From: Octopus bimaculoides
Lineage: Eukaryota
Direction: 5' to 3'
NCBI RefSeq assembly: GCF_001194135.2
Contig: NC_068992.1
Coordinates: forward strand, 8,560,751-8,624,750
DNA length: 64,000 bases
The position numbers and the translations under genes are program-made. This document shows positions 36,211 through 49,600 of this stretch, piece after piece (the first letter of the stretch is position 1; each line of letters starts with the position of its first letter). The notes under the pieces are model-generated. The model was not told the origin of the DNA. It saw nothing but the letters and a program-made list of their open reading frames with translations, and ran no database searches.

Positions 36211-37858
36211 TTAGGAAAACATTTCTTTAGATCATACTTTGCATATTGGAAAATATGTTAGATCATTAATTCATCAGAGTTACAAGAAATGAGACACTCA
36301 TTACTGAATTTCTTCACTCAATATGTATTCTCACAGAAATATAGATTGGAGAATCTCTTCATGAGTATTTAGATTTTCTATAGCATTCACCCAGTTCACA
36401 TAACATACATTTTACTCTGGTTTTTCTATCACGATCATTCAGCACTTACTTCACCTGTTTCACCCTCATTTCTCTAGCAATCAAATAGGTTTAAATATCT
36501 GTTTCAATCTAGGTTCTGTAGTATTAATTCAGGCTTTAACTTGCCTGCTTCATTGTATTTAATACTGTATTAAACAGATGAGAAAAAAAATTACTGCCAA
36601 GATATGAGACAAGTTTATTAAAGGTAGCTTTCACATAATAAAAATCAAGTAATTAATATGAAAACTAAATAAATTGAGCCATAGCTACACATCTGCTAGA
36701 GGAATATAAAAACAGACAATAGTCTGCAGAGACAGATCAATAGATGTAAACTTCACAACTACAACCATGATCCTGACATAGAAATGCTGTAATCATTGAA
36801 GAGTATGTTTATTGAACACGCTGGCATGAATCAGCCAACTAGATTGTAGCAAGGCTACAAAATGTGAAAATGATGTAAAGCTTCCAAAGAAATGTATGGC
36901 TTAGTTAGCAGAAGGGCAAACATCCATAAGCTAGAGGGGGACCTCTAAAATGGTAGGAGTTAGAAATAGATAAATAAATAAATAAAATAAAACAACTCGT
37001 GATTCTTCTCAGAATGGAAATGTGGTCCAAATGCTTGCAACAAAGTGGACCCTACTAAAGGCATCTAAGGGTAAGGGGTAAAGTTAACTACAAGAACAAG
37101 AACAAGCCATCTGACTGGCTTTCACAGTTTCTCTCTATCTAATTTTACTCACAAAGTCTGTATCAATCTGAGGCTTATGATTGAAAAACACTAGCCCAAG
37201 ATGCAGCATAATAGGATTGAACTAGGAACCATAGGATTGTGAAGTGAATGCCTTAATCACATGACAATACTTGCAGTGAAAATGTTTCCTAACATGGATT
37301 AGTATTAAATGTCTAATGGCTTAGGCTGTTACCGTTATCAGAGTAGCCCTTATCAGTTCTGCTAAAACAGATTTATGGGCCAGAAATAAATTGGTTAAGC
37401 ATTTGTGGCTAATCCACAGTTCTTGCACCAATCTATTCTGGGCACATTCTGTAGTGTTCAAAATATAGAAGTCACAGCAGACAAATATCCATAAATATGT
37501 ATATGGAGCGAAAAAAAACAATATGTTTAATAAGCATTTATTTAGCCTTCTGTTATGATATTAAGTTCTATGGTTAAACAGGAGGGTTTTTCATCCAATC
37601 TGCTTTTATAAGATTGATGATTTTGATAGTAGCCCCAGGGAAATGGACAAGTGGAACTTATTCCAATGTGAGAGTCTCATAAGTTTCCATGAGATTACCT
37701 GGAAGCAATTGGAAGCTCTATATGGAGTTTGCAATCAATATTTTGCTATTACTTTGGTGGGTGGATTCAATGGAATGACAGTATTTAACAGATGACTGGT
37801 GATATATGAGTACATTTATTCACACAACAAAATTTCAAATGTTATTTTTCAAATTTAC

Positions 37859-37965
37859 CTTGAAAGGAAATATCAGTGACCTCCAACAAAATCACACTCA
37901 GTTTATTCACTGTTGATTGTGGAATTTTGTTGATTCTGTCTTTTCAAGGAACATTGGTGCAGAAC
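37859..37965 (-). other. Candidate non-coding (5'UTR) exon, 107 nt
   Basis: Acceptor aatttttttattgtAG|G and donor CAAG|GTAAAT. All three frames contain stops. Same strand as the CARD exon and upstream of it. Confidence 0.5.
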
Positions 37966-38369
37966 CTACAATAAAAAAATTTGACACAAATATAACCACT
38001 GCTTATATAAATAAAAACACTTCACTGAAGTAATACAGAAATATTGTTTTTAAACAATTGGTCAAGTCATTAATTTTGTTTCGTGTTTTTTTTTTTATCA
38101 CCTCGATTTGTGATTCACACGCTCTCTAAGAAAGTAGGCCAATATACTAAAGATTAGTTTAAGCTGAGACATGATCAGAAGTCAACAAGAGGATGACCAA
38201 ATGTTGGAAAGGGTCATTAAGTTTGTTAAAATAAAACCTACTTTAATTCACTGATGCTACGTGGTTGAACAGACTTCCTGTAACATCATCTTTATTTTTA
38301 TCATTGTTAAAAATTAACTCATGGTTCTTGTTCACTGACTCACATGTCATATTAATCATTCTACTCTTG

Positions 38370-38540
38370 TTCTTGTTCAGTCCCAGGTCAGCCCTGATTA
38401 AGTAGGCCCATGATTAAGACATTCCAGCCGTGACAGTATTTATGACTACACTATCCAATGTGTCCCTCCATTTTTAAGATGGTAGAGAAAAATCTGCTAT
38501 TTCTAGCAAACTGAGTGACCACTTAAAGACTCCCTTGACT
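38370..38540 (+). repeat. Interspersed repeat family E (cccaggtcagccctga...cattccagc.gtgacc...tgctatttctagca), unclassified
   Basis: Related segments recur at ~545-700, 820-890, 16350-16530, 17180-17290, 33880-34030, 39010-39230, 45850-46000, 47620-47780, 49900-50060 and 55580-55720. Confidence 0.6.
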
Positions 38541-40101
38541 CACCTACGTAAATTCTCAGCCTCTCACTCAGTTTTTGTAATGTCCTTGTGTATATGTACA
38601 GTACAATAACTCCCTGTGTAAACACATTCAATTGAGCACACCTCTGGTATTCAAAACAGCAGCACAAGCAAATAATAAGAATAATAAGAATAATGATGAT
38701 GATGATGATGATGATAATTTGAAAAGAAAACTTTCAGCAGTTTACGTGAGGTCTTATATTGAAAGTTATGTTATGTCATTATCAAGGAGTGTACCCAGTC
38801 CAACTATTTATTCATAGCTGACCTATTTGTTATCACATAGAAGTACTCTAAAATACACGAGTGACCTGGTCAACAGAACAACAAAGAAAAAACAAGGCAA
38901 TTAAATAATCAATAAAACAATTAAAAATATACATGAAAAAACTATGTTATATGAATAGTTCTATTCTTGAATTACATACTACATTGAAATAATTAACATA
39001 TATTGGAGCCAATGAGGAGGGAACTCCCTACGTGGTTGCTCAATCTGCTAGAAATAGTAACCAAATTTCCTTCACATTTCACAATAACATCTTAAAGATG
39101 GAAAACACATTGAATAATATAGTCTGGGGTGCATTAAATTGAAGAATAAATGGTAACAACTGAAATGCTTTTGAATCTGAGGGCTACAAGATCCAGACTG
39201 GCATGGGGTTAAGCAACAACCTTACATATATGCAGAGCTATATTTGATGTAGCCTTGAACTTATGGTCAATAAATATCTACAGTACAATTAATAAATGTC
39301 AAAAAGTAAAAAAAAAAAATTTTAAAAAGTGGAGCCAACACTCAAACCAGCTTTTAGTATTTTATATGTGAACGAAAAGAAATTATTCTAACTGTAATGG
39401 CAACTAAAACAAATAAGCTTTCAGACACTATGTATTATGAATGGAAAGAGCTTCTGGAAAATGACAAAGTTGTCCTTCAACTTATTTTTCTCTGTATCCT
39501 ACAAATAAGTGTTTTCTTAAGATGTACTTCTACTCACTTTGTCAAGTCACTGGTGAATGCTACTGGTAAAATGTAATCCAGTACAATGTGCTGTGTAGTT
39601 GGGTCATAAGAGACCAAACCAGAACTACCACCAGTCTAGTCTGGTGAGAAAGGTCGGACCAGAAAATTTGATAAACATTGAAATGGACTACATAAGTATG
39701 CTGTCAGGACAACCCTTGATCTGAGAACTGCAGAAAACAACTAAAGAAGAGCTAAGCTATCAAGAGACCGTTATACTTTACATTCACTGATCTAAAGAAG
39801 AACTTTGGTAAAGCCTTTTGCTGTGCAGTCAGGTGAGTGTGGAGAAAAGTAAGTAGAGATGTAAAGAATTTAGTCTACAAACAGGTGTTGACCATCATGT
39901 TATCCTCAGCTTTTTGCTATTTGGTTGTTGTTCTTGGGTCAGTAACACAAGAACTCAAGACTAAAAGTCTGTGGAGATTTTAGCCTTGAATTGCAGGAAA
40001 TATTCATTTCAGACATGCAAGGATAATTAAAAGTTCAAAGGACTCAATGCCAACATAGCAAAACCAAAGTTTTAAGTAGTAAAAAAAACTCATGCTCCAT
40101 T

Positions 40102-40327
40102 CAGGAGTGGCTGTGTGGTAAGTAGCTTGCTTACCAACCACATGGTTCTGGGTTCATTCCCACTGCGTGGCACCTTAGGCAAGTGTCTTCTACTATAGCC
40201 TCGGGCTGACCAAAGCCTTGTGAGTGGATTTGGTTGACGGAAACTGAAAGAAGCCCGTCGTATATATATGTATATATATATGTATGTATTTGTTTGTATG
40301 TCTGTGTTTGTCCCCCCCCCCCAACAT
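40102..40327 (+). mobile_element. SINE family B copy (3' truncated)
   Basis: Head CAGGAGTGGCTGTGTGGTAAGTAGC... near-identical to the 34045 and 49231 copies. Confidence 0.9.
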
Positions 40328-40429
40328 GGCGAAGCTGTTCATATCTAGATTTAGCTAAAGAACTTTATTGAAGAATTTTTTGTATCCTTAGCAACAGATT
40401 TTTGCATTAAACCCTAACAAGACAGATGT

Positions 40430-40590
40430 CTCCAAACATCTTTCAGGTGAGATGGCAAGAAAGACTCGCAAACAAAGCTTTGTGGAAAGAGGCAAACCAG
40501 TAACCTATCGAAACCTAGATTGAGAGAGGAAATGGTAAGCCGCCTGATGGACAATCTAAAAGAGATGCAAGAGTAGCAATGGTGAAGATC
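40430..40590 (+). mobile_element. RTE-type LINE RT remnant
   Basis: NIFQVRWQERLANKALWKEANQ*PIET*IERGKW resembles I.WQEKISN..LW..T.Q.PI...I..RKW. Confidence 0.5.
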
Positions 40591-40809
40591 CCTGAACTGA
40601 AGCTCTGGTTAGCAATTACACCTTGCCACAATGGCAACCCAACTGCCAAATACTGAGACTAATCGAGATGTCTTATTGGCATCTATACTCTGCATGGAGG
40701 ACGAGGATGAAGACGATGATTAGATGTAGGTAGGTGGAAATGTACAAGACGGACACAAAAAGAAATTGTCAATGAAATTATATTTGCCTCTTATTGGATT
40801 TTTCTGATT

Positions 40810-41330
40810 TGGCAGGCACCACTTGTTTTCTTAACGAAACACTTTCAAACTTGGGAGACTGGTAGAATGTGTCATATAAAACATCTTTTACTCTTAGTGT
40901 TATTGAGAAAATTTTATCTTTTTAAAGCTATTTCGTGTTAAAATTGTCGTATTTCGGTAATTTATACCACTCACTGACGTCTATTGAGGTGAAAACAATT
41001 ACTGCTATGGAATGTAAACAAGACGTTCTAGCGGTGTAATTGGATCTTTCCCCTTGAATAAAGTGCGTTTGTACTGGTTTTAGCTAACCCTAACCCTATC
41101 TCTAAAACTCGAACCCTAACCCTAACCCTCTTATTTGGAGAAAGAAAGCAAAAAAGTCTAGCAGAAGAGTGTAATAACTTTAAATGAAAATTACAAATTA
41201 AGGTTTCAAATTTCAAATTTTGCAAATTTCAGATTTGGTATAATAATGGTTTCAAATTTGAAAATAAATCGTCTTACAGTAAAAATGTAACAAACACATG
41301 TAAAGTTTGTCTTAGAAGCATATATTATAT
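40810..41330. repeat. Putative non-autonomous DNA element carrying interstitial (TAACCC)n
   Basis: TAACCC hexamers at 41085-41129 within a CpG-retaining block. The boundaries are approximate. Confidence 0.4.
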
Positions 41331-41626
41331 TTTCAACACGGACGCATGCACACCAAAACAAAACAAACGCAGCGAAGAAAAAGAGTAATCCAGTTAACAA
41401 CAAATAAAATATGAATGGAATGGTTGACGACTATGGTAGAAATAATCAAAGGAATTTCTTAAAATAAGGTATGTCCGTGTGTCGATAATAGATGTTGAGT
41501 TGTAACGTTTGAGGGCAAAAGATGGTAAAGGTGAATTTCTTTGAAGAGAAATATCCAAGGAAAATCCGATTTCTATTTATCAAAATGAAAGGTGTGTGTG
41601 GAGGGAGAAAGAAAGAGAGGGGGAGA

Positions 41627-41713
41627 GAAGAAGAAGAAGAAGAAGAAGAAGAAGAAGAAGAAGAAGAAGAAGAAGAAGAAGAAGAAGAAGAAGAAGAAGA
41701 AGAAGAAGAAGAG
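41627..41713. repeat. (GAA)n microsatellite, about 28 units
   Basis: Direct inspection. Source of the poly-E, poly-S and poly-F ORFs. Confidence 0.97.
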
Positions 41714-41949
41714 AATAGAATAGATACATCGAAAGTGAAGTGCTTTTCTTTTTTTCTCCACTGAATGCTCTCGTTCTGTAAGATGTTCATTATTAAATAC
41801 TTTCGTTCTGTTCTTCGAAATCATTCCAACGAATTTCAAGTTGATAACCAATAATATCAATCACTGTTACAGGAACGAAATGGTATTTCTAGAAACATGC
41901 ATTGCGTATGCGGCGAAGTGAAAGGGGATGCAAAAATAATACAATTTAT

Positions 41950-41963
41950 GTTGCTATGGATAC
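41950..41963. promoter_or_regulatory. RFX X-box-like motif GTTGCTATGGATAC
   Basis: Close match to the palindromic X-box consensus (GTTGCCATGGCAAC type), in the CpG-retaining interval upstream of the CARD exon. Confidence 0.3.
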
Positions 41964-43269
41964 TTGAAATAACTGTTCCCTCTAAACTGTGCGCGCGCGC
42001 CCTTTTTGCAATCGGTATGCAAAAAAAAGAAAAAAAAATATTAATGGGCATTCTTATATTATACATTCAGTGTGTACAGTTTTTATCACAGGATAACTTT
42101 TGCATAGCGTAAGATTTCTGTGAACATTGGGCTACTAAAAATTGGAGGAACATAACAATCTCTTGTGACAGATTAGTCGGAATTACTTGTATAAGAGCTA
42201 TACAATAGTAGCCCGTATTTTATCGAAGGAAAGTTACTCTATATTGATGATAAACTGGGTGAAAACAGCGGTAAATATGTTGGATAAATCCTTAATTTTC
42301 AAACGAAAATGTTAAAATAGACAAGTATCACAGTATTATTATTTTTTTTTTTGAGCTCTAAATTTCACGAAATAATAATAAAAAACAACTTTCATTTTTT
42401 TTTTTCATGTGTCGATACTTAAGATCTGTCAACAAGTAAATTTAAACTTATTGACTGACCTATCGAAGTTCAAAGGTTATACTGGCTTTTACCTTGACCC
42501 TACGAACCAATTGAGCACCTCTACATGGTCACTTGATCAGCCAGTAAAAGTAGCCAAATTTCCCTAAAAGCTCATACTACACATCATAAAAAGGGAAAGA
42601 AAAAAAAACCTTAAATAATGTAAAATAAAAAAAAAACGAAACAAAAACAAACCCTGATTAATATTCTTACAAAGAGTATGCGCGAATAAAATACGGGTGC
42701 TAACAAGCAGGGATACAGCCACCACCCCCTTTTTTTTAGTATCGAACCATCAAGCTCAGTAGGATGACGGGCATTTGCCTAGTTCCCATCTACAAATTTC
42801 ACTCGTACTTGCCCAAAATACCTCACAGTAGGATCGAACCGGTAACTACGTGATTCTGGAGGGGGGCTTCTTAATTACTGTAACTTCTGACTGCAGATAC
42901 GACAAGGGCTAACTTAAAAGCTAAACCACAACCTCCGACATACACCCCAGTCAACGGAACTGAGATAGAAACGGCCCCCACTTCATAAGTGATCGTTAAT
43001 GTCAAAGGGGTAGAGTTAGCGGGGCAAATATAAAATACGTCAGGTAAGGATATACTTTGTTCTTACAACAGAATTTAATATGGACCACCACTGGATGTAT
43101 TATTTTCTAAAAACCAAGTTAAGTCCAACGTTGAAGAAGACAACTTGACGTTAAAGACATTGACTAAGGTATAAAATAAATCAGACAATTCTCAATTATT
43201 ATTCCGAGGACGACTTAAACAGATACCAATCAAAGTACTGGGTCGATATATTTGACAGTACTTTCCTTT

Positions 43270-43625
43270 AAATTTTTTGGGTTTTGTACCCAGAACTATT
43301 AAAAGAAATTATTCTACAACGCAAGAACTCCACATCAAAAACACCACGTTCACCTTCTCCCAGAAAGCCACGGGGTTTACAGTGGTGAGAAGATCCATTA
43401 AAGATCTGGTGAACCTCTTGAATGATATATTGGAGGAGTACGAAATGGTAAGAAGGTGGATCGTAGCGATGGAGGAAGAATATAAAGAACATTCTGAATT
43501 ATGCCCAGTCTTTCCCACCAGAACATCAACCCTCTGGAAGCTTCTCCCAGCTCATATTTTTCCTGCAAGTGTTGACCTACGTTAGTTTAAACGGAACATT
43601 AACAGTGTCAAACTTACCGGTGTCA
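43270..43625 (+). mobile_element. CR1/L2-like LINE ORF2 3' end remnant
   Basis: FPTRTSTLWKLLPAHIFPASVDLR*FKRNIN matches the C-terminal FFPRT..LWN.LP..VFP.S.DL..FKR motif. Confidence 0.6.
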
Positions 43626-44189
43626 GAATGCCTACAGAGGTCAACAGATATTGCCTCTTTCTCCAGACTCAGCAAAAGAATATTAATATTATTAATAATA
43701 AAATAACACTGACAGCGAAACTTTTATCGGCAGTTTACTAGCAGCTATATGAACAATGAAGCGTGTGTGGGCTACTACCAATACAATAGAATCGATACCC
43801 GAACCACTGACGTGCACATTCGGAAATAAATATGCCAAGCACCATAACACTTTCATTAGCGGGGAAGATGATCAGAGATGTGGGTGGGGACGAGACCCTG
43901 GTAGTTTCTTACTCATGTAGGGCCGGATTTCCCTATTTGTTTTCTTGTTTCTTTAAATCATATCTTTTTTTAACAATTATATTTGTATGATATTATAATT
44001 ACTTGTAGAAATTATTTTGTGTAACTTTAAAATATTTAACACGTCTTCATATACTGTATGAAGTATCGGACCCTTTCTTTCCTCGTTTATATATAACTTT
44101 GTTGTACTTCACATATTTGTATTCCCGTTGTAACAAATCTATTCTATGTATGAATGGGTCCTTGTGACAAATAGAAGAAATCATCACCA

Positions 44190-45010
<821 letters not shown>

Positions 45011-45330
45011 GGATTATAGTAAATACAATGGATTATAGTAGTATCTGGAGTGTGCCGGACAAAATGTTTTCATAGCATTTAGTTACGTCTTTTTAAATTC
45101 CGAGATCAAATTCACTGGTGGTGACGGAAATCGATTACTATAACTAAGTATCAATTAAGTATTGGATCGATAAATTGACTTCAGTTACCCCTTCCCCAAA
45201 CATGGTGCTTACGCTAGAAACCATTGTTATAATTTCTAATTTTACAGCCAGAAAAAAACAAAACAAAACAAAAAAAAACCCTCAAAACATTAATAGACGA
45301 ACAAACGGATAGGAAACACTGTGCACTCAC

Positions 45331-45400
45331 CTTTCACATCAAACCTATAAATCTAACTGTAATTGCCAAAACACAAGTTACGCAAGACAAATTTAGGAAA
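45331..45400 (-). other. Candidate first (non-coding) exon / TSS region
   Basis: Consensus donor AAG|GTGAGT at 45331/45330, an Inr-like TCACTTT near 45400, and CCAAT at 45411-45415 plus ATTGG near 45465 just upstream. Lies in a CpG-retaining interval. The 5' boundary is approximate. Confidence 0.3.
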
Positions 45401-46006
45401 AGTGACATCACCAATACATTGTGATTGACAAATGATAGTCACGCCTTCCAAGGGAGACAACACAATTGGGCAAAATGGACAAGTCGCGATCATACGATTG
45501 TATATCGAAGGAAAAAGGCAATACCACCTGTCTGTCTATCTGTCCCTGTCTCTAGGAGTGGATATAACTGATTTAATGGACTGCCTCCCCACCCCTCTTT
45601 TGTACAGAACGGTATTTTACTTTATCGGACCCTAATGAGCAAAACGGTAAAATCGACCTCAGCGGGGATTGAACGAGCAATACGATGGAACGTAAAAAAA
45701 GCATTTCGTCCGTAGGTTTACTTGTTCCCGTGTGTTTTTGTTTTTATTCAATAGTGGATGCTTGTCTTCGATAAGCAATTGTTTCTATTTACGAAGAGAA
45801 TCAAGTATTTAATATCATGCCGCATCGAGCCGGTAGGATTTCATGGAGATTTAGTAGCTATTTTTAGTAGATTGAGTGACCACGTAGACATTTCATGAAT
45901 GACTTGTAAAGAATTCTTATTGGCGATAATATTGTTGTTGTTTAGCTCTCCAGGAAAACCCTGACCAAATGCATCTAGCTGTGAGATTTCCAAATTAAGG
46001 GTATAA

Positions 46007-46307
46007 TGTTGTTGTTGGCACTCCGTCGCTTACGACGTCGAGGGTTCCAGTTGATCCGATCAACGGAACAGCCAACTCGTGAAATTAACGTGCAAGTGGC
46101 TGAGCACTCCACAGACACGTGTACCCTTAACGTAGTTCTCGGGGATATTCAGCATGACACAGTGTGACAAGGCTGACCCTTTGAATTACAGGCACAACAG
46201 AAACAGGAAGTAAGAGTGAGAGAAAGTTGTGGTACAGCAGGGTTCGCCACCATCCCCTGCGGAGCCTCGTGGAGCTTTAGATGTTTTCGCTCAATAAACA
46301 CTCACAA
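46007..46307 (-). mobile_element. SINE family D copy running into an assembly gap
   Basis: Matches 53865-54180. An older copy lies at ~61950-62228 and a head-only fragment at ~31285-31368. Confidence 0.9.
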
Positions 46308-48240
46308 NNNNNNNNNNNNNNNNNNNNNNNNNNNNNNNNNNNNNNNNNNNNNNNNNNNNNNNNNNNNNNNNNNNNNNNNNNNNNNNNNNNNNNNNNNNNN
46401 NNNNNNNNNNNNNNNNNNNNNNNNNNNNNNNNNNNNNNNNNNNNNNNNNNNNNNNNNNNNNNNNNNNNNNNNNNNNNNNNNNNNNNNNNNNNNNNNNNNN
46501 NNNNNNNNNNNNNNNNNNNNNNNNNNNNNNNNNNNNNNNNNNNNNNNNNNNNNNNNNNNNNNNNNNNNNNNNNNNNNNNNNNNNNNNNNNNNNNNNNNNN
46601 NNNNNNNNNNNNNNNNNNNNNNNNNNNNNNNNNNNNNNNNNNNNNNNNNNNNNNNNNNNNNNNNNNNNNNNNNNNNNNNNNNNNNNNNNNNNNNNNNNNN
46701 NNNNNNNNNNNNNNNNNNNNNNNNNNNNNNNNNNNNNNNNNNNNNNNNNNNNNNNNNNNNNNNNNNNNNNNNNNNNNNNNNNNNNNNNCTTACCTACCTA
46801 CCTATCATGTGTGCATCTATCATATATTTTTATACATAACAATTCTTTATGCCAACCAATCAAGGGTTGAATTAACCATTTTAATTATTTCCTTAAGTAG
46901 CAGTTTTGGTTAGTGCTAATAGAAAATAAATTAGTTAATGAGGAATAGGATTAAAAAAACCCAGAAATAACATGATTTCAAAAATAAGTTCAAGGTTACA
47001 TTTATTTTTATGTGTTAGAGAAGGGTCCTTATTTTGAAAGGGTTAGGACCTTTGAGATAGGCAGAAGGAAAACAGTCCTCCTAAGACTGGAGATCAAGCC
47101 TGAATCCTTGCAATTGATTTGACTCTATTAGATATCCGTGGTGTTAAAAAGGGTACTAGTCTACCATTTGTAAGAGCCTTTGTCTCTTGTTTGGCCTCTT
47201 GTTTTAAAACATTGATAGGATGAAACAAATGCAGAGTTAGCTTCAATCAAATGATAGGAAGAAAAGAGAAAAGAAACACAGAAAGCTTTGTTTTTTTTCA
47301 AGTAAAAAATTGAAATTAAAATAGAAAATACAAATGAATTACAGCAAAATATCTATTAATTTTCAATATATTCTCATAGATTTAAGTGTGAATCATAGAT
47401 TTTTTTTTGTCATTAGAGATCAACTCTCTTTAGATGATGTGTCTTCATAACACATGGTTCATTGATGTGAGGGGACTTAGAGACATTGATGTTTTAATTT
47501 TGTCTCCTCAAAAACCTACTTAGAATATGGACAATATACTTTTAAAACAAGAGGTCAAACAAGAGACGAAGGCTCCTACAAATGTGTGGTGGTGGTGGTT
47601 ATTATGATGGTCATAGTGGGGGTTATTCAGCCTGTGAGATATAACAGCCAAGTCACTCCCAAATTACACTCTAGTGCTTTGAGAAAGGAGGGAGACATTT
47701 GATAATGGAGTCCTAGATATATGATGCTTGAAAAAAATAACTACTGGATGGTCATAGCTGGAATACCTAAGATTTGATGGCTGATTTGGAATCAAAAAGA
47801 TAACAGGTTGAGGGAGCAAATAATATTTATATCAAAAACAGAATGTAACAGTTTGTCTGAGTTCCACAAAGAAATTCATAACTTTAAATAAACTAAAAAG
47901 ACATGGAAAAAATGTTTAACATGTACTGAATTGTTTAAATTTTATTATTCAGTTCAAACTTTAAAAGAAACAAGTTCCAAGGTATTCAAACTACAAATTT
48001 TAACAGTTATCAACCCTGAATAAAATTGGTACAAGAGGACAAATTTTAGAGGAGGTCTGTAGTTAATTATATTGATTCCAGATTGAGCTTTCTAGGAAGC
48101 CTGCAGAACATTGAAGGCAAAGACATCAATGACATTCCAGGTGTCCAAGGTTCAATTCTCAAATTAATCCAAACTGCTGGTTCTGTCATTCACAGCCAAA
48201 TAAGAATGAAATTACAATCTGACTAAAAACCTATTCTCAC

Positions 48241-48478
48241 TGTTAACTGATGAATTCTTTCTAATTTTCTTTCTCAAGAAACGAATAGTATCGGGAGATA
48301 ACTCGTGTTTTACAATAGGACCAATAAGCCAAGTTGGAGTTGCCTCCCTTAAGAACGACCTGGCATCTATTTCAAAACTTTCTCCCAAATCTCAGAGATT
48401 TTCTGCGACAGTGTTAAAAGATCCCTTCTCCCTTCTGTCTTCTGCCGTGACTTGAAAAGTCTGTCTCCTATCTTCATT
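48241..48478 (-). pseudogene. Exon-like segment with a near-open frame (one TGA in 79 codons); possible decayed coding exon
   Basis: Acceptor ttttttcatatatatattgtAG and possible donor AACA|GTGAGA at 48241/48240. The frame reads NEDRRQTFQVTAEDRREKGSFNTVAENL*DLGESFEIDARSFLREATPTWLIGPIVKHELSPDTIRFLRKKIRKNSSVN. Several CpGs are retained. Confidence 0.3.
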
Positions 48479-48510
48479 CTACAATATATATATGAAAAAA
48501 ATTGACTTAC

Positions 48511-48650
48511 CTGTGCACTATTGTTGTGTTAAGGCACAAGAGGAGTGATAGGTTTTGGACAGACTAAAAGGTCATTTCAATCTTGAAGCAATAGTGGACT
48601 GGACTGACCAACCACAACTGTAATATGTTGTGGATCGAAACATGGGACAG
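48511..48650 (-). other. Exon-like segment, 140 nt, no open frame
   Basis: Acceptor ttttccttttgtttttctatttgtAG|C and perfect donor CAG|GTAAGT. Stops in all frames. Confidence 0.5.
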
Positions 48651-49230
48651 CTACAAATAGAAAAACAAAAGGAAAATATATTTGCTGCAAACTATTTCGA
48701 CATTTCAATAAAAATATATATAAATTTCTTTCTGCATGTACATGTTAATAACGTAGGCATTATAGGGGAAAAAACAATAGTGTGATTTCAAGGAAATTTG
48801 GCTACTATTTCTAGCACCTTGAATGGGTACAAAATTCCCTCAGTGGGTTGTATATGTGTGTGTATATATATATATCCTTTTACTTGCTTCAGTTGGGTCG
48901 TTGATGACCTCTTTCTAGCATATTGGATGTCCACCTAGTGGTCATCCCTTCTTATACGCATGTAATACAATTTTTCTGAATTATCAGATTTTTTTATATG
49001 CTAGACCACTGGTTTTAAATTGAAATTAATATTCAATTTATCACCCTCAGTATATAAATAATATAATATAATATAATACAATATAATATGTATANNNNNN
49101 NNNNNNNNNNNNNNNNNNNNNNNNNNNNNNNNNNNNNNNNNNNNNNNNNNNNNNNNNNNNNNNNNNNNNNNNNNNNNNNNNNNNNNNNNNNNNNNNNNNN
49201 NNNNNNNNNNNNNNATATCTAATATATATC

Positions 49231-49600
49231 TGTGGTAAGTAGCTTGCTTACCAACCACATGGTTCTGGGTTCAGTCCCACTATGTGGCACCTTGGGCAAG
49301 TGTCTTCTACTATAGTCTCGGGCCGACCAAAGCCTCGTGAGTGGATTTGGTAGACGGAAACTGAAAGAAGCCCATCGTATATATATATATGTATGTGTGT
49401 TTGTGTGTCTGTGTTTGTCCCCCTACCATCGCTTGACAACCGATGCTGGTGTGTTTACGTCCCCATAACTTAGCGGTTTGGCAAAAAGAGACCGATAGAA
49501 TAAGTACTAGGCTGACAAAGAATAAGTCCTGGGGTCGATTTTCTCAACTAAAGGCGGTGCTCCAGCATGGCCAGTCAAATGATTGAAACGAGTAAAAAAG
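49231..49600 (+). mobile_element. SINE family B copy
   Basis: Near full-length match to the 34045 copy. Older or partial copies also at ~9990-10170, 20840-21060, 26520-26790, 37100-37270(-), 52100-52240(-), 54340-54720, 58140-58470 and 60350-60680(-). Confidence 0.9.

Noticed and set aside
38538-38660. Minus-strand donor TAG|GTGAGT at 38544
   Set aside because: Sits at the end of a family E repeat with ambiguous acceptors; not enough to call an exon.
43277-43585. 102-aa ORF as a host gene
   Set aside because: It matches a LINE ORF2 C-terminus and continues past a stop in the same frame.
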